Virus record (IMG/VR): IMGVR_UViG_3300025809_001850 | Origin: a virus | Taxonomy: Duplodnaviria > Caudoviricetes | DNA length: 64,000 nt | Direction: 5' to 3' (one strand) | In this document: positions 20,113 through 29,200 of the stretch, piece after piece | Layout of the letters: each line of letters begins with the position of its first letter | How positions within the stretch are numbered: position 1 is the stretch's first letter | Program-made: the position numbers and the translations under genes | The notes under the pieces: generated by a model | Told to the model about the DNA's origin: nothing | Databases searched by the model: none | The model's input: the letters and a program-made list of their open reading frames with translations, nothing else

Positions 20113-22764
20113 ATGGCAGAAAGAATTGTAAGCCCAGCAGTTTTCACCAACGAAATCGATCAAACATTCCTGACACAAGGTATCTCACAAATAGGTGGAG
20201 CAGTTGTTGGACCATTCAAAAAAGGTCCGGCATATGCACCAACGATTGTAAGAACTCACGCAGAACTTGAAGATTTATTTGGTGTTCCCCAAGGAAACTA
20301 TTATCAACCATTCACCGCACGTGAATACTTAACGCACCAAGGTGTTGTTACAATCGTTCGTGTCGGTGCTTTAGGTGGATATAAACAAGACAACGCACTT
20401 GTCATTAAAGCAAAGGTAACAGATGTACCTGCAGATTTAAGTGGATCACTAGGAAGTGGTTCTCTTGGAGTTGCAGTTGGTAACGAAGTTGTTATCGGTG
20501 TTTTGGCAAATACACTTTACGAAGGAGTCACAGATGATTCCGGATTTGAAGGTTCGTCAATCGATAACGACACATCTGTTTTGTATCACGATACAGAAAG
20601 TGTTGATCCAGAAACAGGTGAAACTGTTTCAGTAGGTAATCTCGAAACTACTTTGTATCTTAGAAAAACAGTAAGACTTGCAGATGAGTTCACAGGTGAC
20701 ATTATTGAAACTGTTCAAAGTTTGAAAGACGATTATGATTCTGATTATGTTTTTAACATTGATCCTAAAGAACCAGATAGTCTTCAAAACATATTCGGAA
20801 GAGCACCCAAGAAAAACTTGGAACCTGCATATTTCTATACATACTTTGAAAACTCACAAGAAGAAGTTTTCAATAACATCATGAGTGGTGTTAAGTATAA
20901 AATAGAAGTTGATACTTCAAGTGAAGCAATGGTATTTGAAACACGTGATAGTGTTACAGGTGAACTTGATGATGATCCTTGGAAACCAGGTGAGGCTGCA
21001 TTCAGTTGCAGACCTGCAGAAACTCCTTATATTAAGTCACAAGAAATAAGTGGCAGACGATATGATTTGTTTAAAGTATGGACACGCAACATGGGATCAG
21101 ATGCAAATCGTGAAATTAAGATTGCGATCTATAATGTTAGAACTCCTGGTTCAATCCAAGATTCCGATTACGCAACATTTAGTTTGATGGTTCGTTCGTT
21201 TAACGACAACGATAAATCTCCCGAGATTGTTGAAAATTATGATGGAGTTACACTTGACCCATTAAGTCCTCGTTATCTTCCACGTGTTATCGGTGATCGT
21301 TTTACTACCATCGATTCTAAAGGAAAGATCATTGACTATGGTGATTATGTAAACTCAAGTAACTGGATTCGTATTGAAATGCCAGCAGAAAGTACTGCAC
21401 CTGCAAATGCTATGCCTTATGGTCATGCTCCTTATCGTTCACCACTTGGTGGAATTGATGTAGGAACACCTGAGTATAGTTATGCTTCTCAGTATGCACG
21501 TTCACTTGGTAGATTCTTCAATGGTGCAGTTTTCAATCAAACATCACCTGATGGAATTCTTGAACTTCCAAATTCAGGAAGAGATACTTCGGAACTTTTC
21601 CGACCACTTCCTGCGAATCCTGGAGATGCCGGCCGTGGTTTTTACATGGACAGTTCTAAAAATGTAGAATGGAATGCAACTTATGTAGAAGAAGTGGATG
21701 GTGCAACTGATGTATTTGATGTTGATCCAATTCCAACTAATCCATCAACTGCTGACGAATTGCTTGTTGCAAAACTTCGTAGATTTGTTGTTGGATTCCA
21801 AGGTGGATTTGACGGACAATCTCCTGCACATCCAATCGCACTCGGAAAAGACATCACAGAGAATAATGCTCAAGGTCTTGATTGTAGTAGAGAATTCAGT
21901 TCAGGTACAAAGGGATACAAACGTGCGTTTGCAGCTCTTAGTAACCAAGACGAATTTGATATCAATCTTCTTGTAACACCCGGTTTGAGTCTTGATCTTC
22001 ATAGATCAGTTATCAATCGTGGTGTTGATTTGTGCGAACAACGTGAAGATTGTTTCTACATTCTTGATTGTGTAAGTGCAAATAACCAACCCGGTCGTGT
22101 AGATGATGCAGTTCAGCAAGTTGCTACTATTGATAGTAACTATGCCGCTACATACTACCCTTGGGTTAAGATTATTGATCCTGCAACAAACGTATTGCAA
22201 CCATATCCACCATCATCACTTATGATGGCAGTATATGCGGCCAACGATAAAAGTGCGGCTGAATGGTTTGCTCCTGCTGGTTTGAATCGTGGTGGAATTG
22301 AATCTGCGGTTGCGGTCATGGATCGTCTTAACTTCGCAGAAAGAGATACACTTTACGAAGGTAAGGTTAATCCAATTGCGGCTTTCCCTGGTCAAGGTAT
22401 TGTTGCTTTCGGTCAAAAGACCTTACAACGTCGTGCAAGTGCATTAGACAGAGTTAACGTACGTCGTTTGCTTATCACACTTAAAAAGTTCATTGCGAGT
22501 TCTGCAAGATTCTTGCTTTTCGAACAAAATGTGGCATCAACACGTAACCGTTTCCTTAGTATCGTTAATCCATACTTAGAAAACGTTCAACAACGTCATG
22601 GTCTGTATGCATTCCGTGTTATCATGGATGAGTCTAACAACACACCTGATCTCATTGATAGAAATATCCTGTATGGTCAGATATTCCTACAACCTGCACG
22701 TGCAGTTGAATTTATCATTCTTGACTTTAATCTTACACCAACTGGTGCAAGTTTCGAAGCATAA
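20113..22764 (+). CDS. contractile tail sheath protein (gp18-like)
   Basis: VSPAVFTNEIDQT, AVVGPFKKGPA, WFAPAGLNRGG, FGQKTLQ, LDRVNVRRLL, LLFEQN; AAGGAG RBS. Confidence 0.95.
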   Translation: MAERIVSPAVFTNEIDQTFLTQGISQIGGAVVGPFKKGPAYAPTIVRTHAELEDLFGVPQGNYYQPFTAREYLTHQGVVTIVRVGALGGYKQDNALVIKAKVTDVPADLSGSLGSGSLGVAVGNEVVIGVLANTLYEGVTDDSGFEGSSIDNDTSVLYHDTESVDPETGETVSVGNLETTLYLRKTVRLADEFTGDIIETVQSLKDDYDSDYVFNIDPKEPDSLQNIFGRAPKKNLEPAYFYTYFENSQEEVFNNIMSGVKYKIEVDTSSEAMVFETRDSVTGELDDDPWKPGEAAFSCRPAETPYIKSQEISGRRYDLFKVWTRNMGSDANREIKIAIYNVRTPGSIQDSDYATFSLMVRSFNDNDKSPEIVENYDGVTLDPLSPRYLPRVIGDRFTTIDSKGKIIDYGDYVNSSNWIRIEMPAESTAPANAMPYGHAPYRSPLGGIDVGTPEYSYASQYARSLGRFFNGAVFNQTSPDGILELPNSGRDTSELFRPLPANPGDAGRGFYMDSSKNVEWNATYVEEVDGATDVFDVDPIPTNPSTADELLVAKLRRFVVGFQGGFDGQSPAHPIALGKDITENNAQGLDCSREFSSGTKGYKRAFAALSNQDEFDINLLVTPGLSLDLHRSVINRGVDLCEQREDCFYILDCVSANNQPGRVDDAVQQVATIDSNYAATYYPWVKIIDPATNVLQPYPPSSLMMAVYAANDKSAAEWFAPAGLNRGGIESAVAVMDRLNFAERDTLYEGKVNPIAAFPGQGIVAFGQKTLQRRASALDRVNVRRLLITLKKFIASSARFLLFEQNVASTRNRFLSIVNPYLENVQQRHGLYAFRVIMDESNNTPDLIDRNILYGQIFLQPARAVEFIILDFNLTPTGASFEA

Positions 22765-22786
22765 GAATAATTTAATTCTAAACTTT

Positions 22787-22820
22787 AAAGACCTCTCTGT
22801 TCGCAGAGAGGTCTTTTTTT
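22787..22820 (+). terminator. intrinsic terminator after sheath
   Basis: AAAGACCTCTCTG-TTCG-CAGAGAGGTCTTT plus T-tract. Confidence 0.9.
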
Positions 22821-22844
22821 TGTGTTGATATATATTTATTTAAA

Positions 22845-23549
22845 ATGGAAATCTCACTTACTGATATATTACATGAATTACAATATGAAGAATTTTGTAA
22901 ATTTGTAAAAGAAAATAAACTTGACTCTGATGTATGTACATTGAATGAGTTTGCAATACCTGGTAGATTAAAAAAGATTTGGTCATTTTTGAAAGAATTA
23001 AAAGATATAATCAAGGTTAAGATCATGGACTTGGCAAAATTATTTATGAACAAACTTGTATTTAAGTTCTTCGCAAAAATAAAATTCAGTATGAAGTATT
23101 TATTTGATCTGGTTAAAAAAGGATTCAAGGCATATAAAGAGGTGATAAAGGCAATAGGAGACTACTTATCCAAAACTAAAGTAGGACGATGGACTGAAGA
23201 CAAACTAAAAGATTTGGATGCGTTCTTGGCAACGCATCCGAAGACTAAAAGAATTGCAGGTATGGCAGTTGCCGGTATATTGATTTATATTTGGTTAAAC
23301 ATGACATTCACAGGAAATGCAGATTATGATTTTGATATGGGTGATATGATTCTTGCACTTGGTGGTGGGTTCACATTATCTACTTTATTTGCCGGACCAG
23401 AAGGAATGGCACTATTAACATTATTTGTAACTGGTGTCATCGGATTGTCGTTTCCATGGCCAGGTCCTCAACACTTTCAATTCATAGGAGCCATTGTATA
23501 TGGTTCTGCAAAACTAGTTGGTCAGAAACTAAGAAAAGACAAAACATAA
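22845..23549 (+). CDS. putative membrane protein
   Basis: 234 aa; several hydrophobic segments in the C-terminal half; ATATTTAT at 22832-22839. Confidence 0.6.
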   Translation: MEISLTDILHELQYEEFCKFVKENKLDSDVCTLNEFAIPGRLKKIWSFLKELKDIIKVKIMDLAKLFMNKLVFKFFAKIKFSMKYLFDLVKKGFKAYKEVIKAIGDYLSKTKVGRWTEDKLKDLDAFLATHPKTKRIAGMAVAGILIYIWLNMTFTGNADYDFDMGDMILALGGGFTLSTLFAGPEGMALLTLFVTGVIGLSFPWPGPQHFQFIGAIVYGSAKLVGQKLRKDKT

Positions 23550-23667
23550 ATAAATATATTTTTTAATTTGGTAACTATTTATACTTGTTGATTGAAAAAA
23601 CAAGTTTTTGAATTTTTAATCAATATTTATTACTAAAAGTTAATCATTAAACTGGAGAACAACAAAA

Positions 23668-24159
23668 ATGGCACAAGTTATTTCAACCGAAGAAATGTTT
23701 TTTACGGCATTTGAACCGAAAACAGCAAATCGTTTTATCATGTATATGGACGGAGTTCCTGCATATCTTATCAAGAGTGTTACTCGTCCGAATCTTAACA
23801 TTGAAGTTCAGACCCTCGACCACATCAACATCAAAAGAAAATTGAGAGGTGGTAAAGCAGAGTGGCAGGACATTACAATGACACTTTATGATCCAATCGT
23901 ACCAAGTGGCGCACAGGTTGCTATGGAATGGGTACGTCTTTCTCACGAATCAGTTACAGGTAGAAATGGTTATGCCGACTTCTACAAAAAAGACCTTGTT
24001 ATTAATACTCTCGGTCCTGTAGGTGATTTAGTTGAAGAATGGACAATCAAGGGTGCTTGGTGTCAAGCAACCAACATGGGAACACTTGATTGGTCAACCA
24101 GTGAATTTATGACTGTTGAACTTACCGTGTCTTACGACTACGCAATTCTTCAATACTAA
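23668..24159 (+). CDS. tail tube protein (gp19-like)
   Basis: FEPKTANRF, LYDPIVPSGAQVAMEW, GPVGDLVEEWTIKGAW, LTVSYDYA; GGAG RBS; ATATTTAT at 23623-23630. Confidence 0.9.
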   Translation: MAQVISTEEMFFTAFEPKTANRFIMYMDGVPAYLIKSVTRPNLNIEVQTLDHINIKRKLRGGKAEWQDITMTLYDPIVPSGAQVAMEWVRLSHESVTGRNGYADFYKKDLVINTLGPVGDLVEEWTIKGAWCQATNMGTLDWSTSEFMTVELTVSYDYAILQY

Positions 24160-24185
24160 TTTTTACATAATATTCAGTTTAATTT

Positions 24186-24219
24186 AAAAAAAACTCCCTT
24201 CTCGGGAGTTTTTTTTTTT
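24186..24219 (+). terminator. intrinsic terminator after tail tube
   Basis: AAAAAAAACTCCC-TTCTC-GGGAGTTTTTTTT plus extra T residues. Confidence 0.9.
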
Positions 24220-24242
24220 CGACATATATATTTATTGATACA

Positions 24243-24584
24243 ATGAATTCTGAAAAACTAAAAACACAAGTCCTTGATATATTTGAGGAAATTAAACACG
24301 ATAGGCAAGGTGAACTCCAACTTGAGGGATTAAGTGGTGCGTATTCTAAACTAGCAAAGTTTCTGTTAAATCAAGTAAAGGCAGGTAAATTTCTAAGAAA
24401 TTATGATATTGATACGGATAGTGGAAGATTTATGTTTCAAACAGGAAGTGGAAAAAAGATTGTGTTTAACGACATGAAACTTGGTGTTACACTAAATAAG
24501 ACATGGAAGGGTAAAAAGGATAGTGAGTTTTTCAGTTACGGTGATCATAAGAAAATATTAAGTTTTGCTTTAGCAGACATTTAA
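24243..24584 (+). CDS. hypothetical protein
   Basis: 113 aa; ATATTTAT at 24228-24235. Confidence 0.65.
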   Translation: MNSEKLKTQVLDIFEEIKHDRQGELQLEGLSGAYSKLAKFLLNQVKAGKFLRNYDIDTDSGRFMFQTGSGKKIVFNDMKLGVTLNKTWKGKKDSEFFSYGDHKKILSFALADI

Positions 24585-24684
24585 TATACTGAAAAACATT
24601 CTATTTTCCCCAAAAAGTTTTTTCTTGTATATGTATATATATTAGTATATATTATTACTAATATCTTAATTAAAGGTTACAATT

Positions 24685-25620
24685 ATGAATGAAAATGAAT
24701 CAGTAGATATGCCTCCTGAGGTAAAACAAGCATTACAACGTGATGCAAACGAACAACGTGCGACTAATCAAAGTGTTAAAAACGAAACAAGTACGCAATC
24801 AACGCAGTCGCAACCAAATCCTGCGTTTTCTCAAGCAACAGATACTCCCAAGAAATTTGAGTTTCCAAGTGAGGTAGTTGATCTACCGAGTCAAGGTCAC
24901 TTTTACGATCCAACCTCTCCGTTGGCAAATGGAAAAATTGATATTAAATACATGACTGCACGTGAGGAAGATATTCTTACAAGTCAAAATCTTATCAAAA
25001 AGGGTGTAGTTTTAGACAAGTTGCTTGAAGCACTTATCGTTACTCCTGGTGCACAACTTGATGATATTTTGGTCGGAGATAAAAATGCTATTTTTGTGGC
25101 AGCTCGTATTCTTGCGTATGGAAAAGACTATAAAGTAAAATTTAAAGACCCATCAAACAATGAAGATGTTGAAGACACTATTGATTTGTCACAAATAGAA
25201 CCAAAAGAATTTGATTTTGAAAAGTATGATCGTGGAAGCAATATGTTTTCGTTTGAACTTCCTTTTAGTAAAAAGAATATTCATTGGAGTTTGCTAACAC
25301 ATCGTGACGAACAAAACATTGATGCTGAACTTAAAAGCATGAAAAAGTTTTCCAAGAATAAAAACGAAACAACTGAAGTTACCACTCGTTTGAAGTATGT
25401 TATCAAAGCAATTGACGGAGACGAAGATAAATCAAAAATCAAAAGTTTCGTTGATCGTGATCTTCTTGCACGTGATAGTTTGGCATTTCGTGAGTATATT
25501 AAAGATAATACTCCTGATCTGGATATGACATTCAACTTTGAATCAGAAGATACCGGTTATACTGAAAGGATGACGATCCCATTAGGGGTCGACTTTTTTT
25601 ACCCTTCCAGCCGAGTATAA
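24685..25620 (+). CDS. baseplate hub assembly / tail assembly chaperone (gp26-like, gpG position)
   Basis: VDLPSQGHFY, YMTAREEDILTSQNLIKKG, LVGDKNAIFVAARILAYGKDY, IPLGVDFFYP; lies between tube and tape measure. Confidence 0.75.
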   Translation: MNENESVDMPPEVKQALQRDANEQRATNQSVKNETSTQSTQSQPNPAFSQATDTPKKFEFPSEVVDLPSQGHFYDPTSPLANGKIDIKYMTAREEDILTSQNLIKKGVVLDKLLEALIVTPGAQLDDILVGDKNAIFVAARILAYGKDYKVKFKDPSNNEDVEDTIDLSQIEPKEFDFEKYDRGSNMFSFELPFSKKNIHWSLLTHRDEQNIDAELKSMKKFSKNKNETTEVTTRLKYVIKAIDGDEDKSKIKSFVDRDLLARDSLAFREYIKDNTPDLDMTFNFESEDTGYTERMTIPLGVDFFYPSSRV

Positions 25621-25843
25621 GGTTCAACTTCACGAAGAGATTTTCAATCTCTCTTATTACAGTCAAGGTGGTTTTACGCAAGATATTGCGTATAATTTAC
25701 CTGTATACCTTCGTAGATTTTATCTTAGAAAACTCGTTGATGTTAGAAATAAAGAAAATGAGGAAGTTGAAAAGGCAAGGTCTAAGACATCGTCTTCCAG
25801 CGCACCTACACGCAGACCACCACCTAAACGAACATATAGATAA
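25586..25843 (+). CDS. start-less ORF; probable frameshift extension (gpT-like) of 24685..25620
   Basis: The +1 frame is open from TAG(25583) to TAA(25841), reading FFTLPAEYKVQLHEEIFNLSYYSQGGF...; no ATG/GTG/TTG near its 5' end; overlaps a T7 run at 25594-25600. Confidence 0.7.
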   Translation, partial: GSTFFTLPAEYKVQLHEEIFNLSYYSQGGFTQDIAYNLPVYLRRFYLRKLVDVRNKENEEVEKARSKTSSSSAPTRRPPPKRTYR

Positions 25844-25865
25844 AAACAAAGTTAACTAAACTTAT

Positions 25866-25904
25866 ATTGTCGTATATTTATCAATATATACGACAATTTT
25901 TTTT
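25866..25904 (+). terminator. intrinsic terminator-like hairpin containing an ATATTTAT motif
   Basis: ATTGTCGTATAT (25866-25877) pairs with ATATACGACAAT (25886-25897); T8 at 25897-25904. Confidence 0.6.
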
Positions 25905-25918
25905 ATAACACACATATA

Positions 25919-26233
25919 ATGGAAAACAATAAACAAAAAGATAAAGAACTTCTAAAAGAAGTAGTTGGGTGGCTTGTAAAAGGGTTATTCAATAGAAGTG
26001 TAAAAGCAGCTGAAACATTTATGAAAAACGACCCACGCGTTAGAAAAGCAGTTATGGATGCAGCCAAGTCAATGAAAAAAGCAGAGGATGATTTGCATAA
26101 TGCACTTGAAAGCAGATATGGAGGTACACCTGAAGAAATTGCCGATAACGCAAGAAAGGTCGGTATGTCAGTTGAAAAATATGCTAGGTTAGTTCTACTC
26201 AAAAATAAAGATGGAAGTAGACGACGTGCTTAA
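25919..26233 (+). CDS. hypothetical protein
   Basis: 104 aa immediately before the tape measure. Confidence 0.65.
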   Translation: MENNKQKDKELLKEVVGWLVKGLFNRSVKAAETFMKNDPRVRKAVMDAAKSMKKAEDDLHNALESRYGGTPEEIADNARKVGMSVEKYARLVLLKNKDGSRRRA

Positions 26234-26246
26234 TTTGAAATAGCAT

Positions 26247-29200
26247 ATGGCAACAATTGATGAGTCTGATTTTACTAACAAGCAAGTAGATGTAAAAGAT
26301 CACTTCGCTGCTTTGCAGCGGACTATGATCAATGTACAGAAAATTGATACCGAAACAATTGCTTCTCAATTATCTTCTCTTTCTGAGGTTATGGGAAGTT
26401 CGATGGAGGCACTTGCGGAAGGTAAGTTAGAAGATAAAGATCACCTCGATTTACAAAAGTATTTGGACAAATTGGGATTGATGGCAGAAGAAGGTGCAAA
26501 CGTTATTAAAGCATTTAATGCTTATACAAAAGAAGTTGCCAATTCAAAAGATGAAGAAGAAGCACTTGGAAAAGTGATAGATGCAAATCAAGCATCCATG
26601 AAAAAAATAAATGCTCTTGAAACAGAACGTGAAGAATTAATAAATAAAGTAAATAATCACAATAGCATTACTGAAGAATTATCCAACAAAATTAATAATG
26701 TATTAGAACGTAGAGAGCAATATCAAGAAACTTCTAATAATCTGGTTCAAAAATATAACGATAAAATAGAACAGGTAGAACAAAAATTAAAAGCAGAAAA
26801 TTCAAGTCAACAAGACATAGCAAAATTACAACAAGAAAAAATAAACCTTGAAACAAAGATTGGTGATGTTAAGGATAGAACAAACAGATTTTTAGACAAT
26901 TCGTTATCATTACATGAAGATTTAAAAACAAAACTTGAACAACAACAACAATTATACGAGGATGCACCAAATAAGATTGAGAGTATAAATTCTAAATTAA
27001 GACAAGAAATAGCATTTAATGATATTATTAAAAAAGATTTAGAAAATTTTTCCGAGGGAATGGAAAAATTTGGGTTGATGACGGACAAATCAAGAAAAGC
27101 AGTAGAAAAAGTGCTTGGTATTGATAAAGATATAAATAAAGAATTAAAAACATCCATTGATAATCAAGATAAACTCACTGGTAAAATTGATAAAACACAT
27201 CAAAATTCAAAAAATGTGTTGCAAACATTAGAAAATAGTGTGGAACGTACGGAATTGTTGATATCCGATACAACTGATTTTGCAAATGAAATGGGTCGGG
27301 CTGCGGATGAAGCAGAAAGACTGTTGGCCGCAACGCTTGCTATGCAAGTTGGTGGAAGAAGAAGAAGAACAGCAGCTGCAGAACCCAATCCATTTTCAAT
27401 TAATGATTCAGGTCAAGCAGAAATGCAAACCCCAGGTGGATATACAACAACCGTCTCCAAAGGTTTTGCCGCTGCCGCCACGGCAGGCATGACACTCCAG
27501 GCAAGTGCAATGAATTCAGGAGGATATATATCAGGTCCAGCTGGAATAGATGTAATTCCTGCTATGTTAACTAACGGAGAATATGTTGTAAATGCGTCTG
27601 CAACAAAAAAGTTTTTGCCTTTACTTGAAAAAATAAACTCTGGTCAAAGTCAGTCATTTGCAAGTGGTGGTGTGGTCGGTAATAATCCGTGGACAACCGC
27701 AGCCCATATAGAAGTCCCAAAATATTTGTCGGACATTGAAAAACATTTGAAAGAACTGCTGGGCCTCAGCAAAGAAGATGCAAGTAACTCCCAAAAAGAC
27801 ATCGTGAACCAAAGTCTTTATGAAGAGATGGTCCGTAATATACTCCAGTCAAAAGACCAATTATTTGGTCATCAAACTAACATCAACAATGGGCCCGGAA
27901 AAGAGAAAGGTCGTTTCGTATTACGCGATGAAAAAACGGGTAATTTTGATATGCCATCCTTTAAATCATCATACCCCACGGGTCGGCCCCAACTTAAGGA
28001 TCACGAATTCTGGGCAGCCGATAAAAAACACTTCCTGGAAGGTCCTGGAGATATTTATAAAGATCTGCAACAGGAAACAATTAAAGTTTTTATGGAAAAC
28101 CTTCACAATAATGGTACAGATTTTAGTAAGGTTGACGAAAAAACAATTAAAGCTGATATTGCTAAACAAATCCAAATTAATTTAAAAGCATTTGAAACAT
28201 TATATAAAGGAATTGAAAAAGAAAATAAGGTTACTAATAAGATACAAGGATATCAGTTAGAACAAGGTGAAGCTGCGGGTGCAAGTCCCGAGAGAAAATC
28301 TGATCTCGTGGACGCATTAAAACAACAAGCAGACTCAATGGAGTTCTTAAAAAACGCAGGAGTCATAGGTGATGACTTTGGACAGCGAGTTGAAGATACA
28401 AAAAGAGATCAACTTGTGAACTCGGTATTTTTATATGGCCTTCGCGATGAGTTAACCACTGCAATTAAAGAAGGACTGTATAACGATGTTGGTGATATTA
28501 GAAAAATGCTTGCCCAATACAAATCACCGGCAGAATTGACGGAATTGGCACAATTGGGTAAAACCGACGTGAGAAGCACAGACTGGACAGGCAGGGAAAA
28601 ACCTGCATTTCTTCAAGCTCTGGACAACCTTGAAAAAAATAAAAATCTTACTCCCGATTTCGCCGAGGTGAGTGCAAATCAAGAACGTCAGAAGGGTAAA
28701 ACCCCGATAAGCTTGGGAACACATATAACACAACAAATTGAGAAATTAAGAGTAAAAGAAGATGCAACCAAACCCGGTAAATCCAAACCTCCTCGAGCTC
28801 GTGGTGGGGGTATGTCCGGTTCTGGTGGTATTAGGCCTGGTGATGGAGATCAAGAGTATTTACAACATTTCAATAAATCAATTGATGTTATATCAAACGC
28901 ACGACAAAAAGCAAATAACGAAATTTTTGAAATAACAGGAGATGCAGCTAAATTCGGTGCAACTTCGGTTGCTGATTTTAATTCTCACATACAATCATTT
29001 TGGGACTCTTCTACGGAAGCTTTAAATGAGGGACAACAACATCTTAAAAAAGCTATGGTAGCAGTTGCGGAAACAGGTGAAGCAGGAATACGAAAATTAG
29101 AACAACTTGCAATGCAGACAACTCAGACATTTTCTTTAGTTGGAAATGATTTACCAACCAATTTATTGAACGTAAGAGATGCTACAATTGATACACTTAC

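Noticed and set aside
25668-25859. 63-aa plus-strand ORF from the track (MVLRKILR...)
   Set aside because: Wrong frame; the protein-like reading is the start-less +1 frame 25586..25843.
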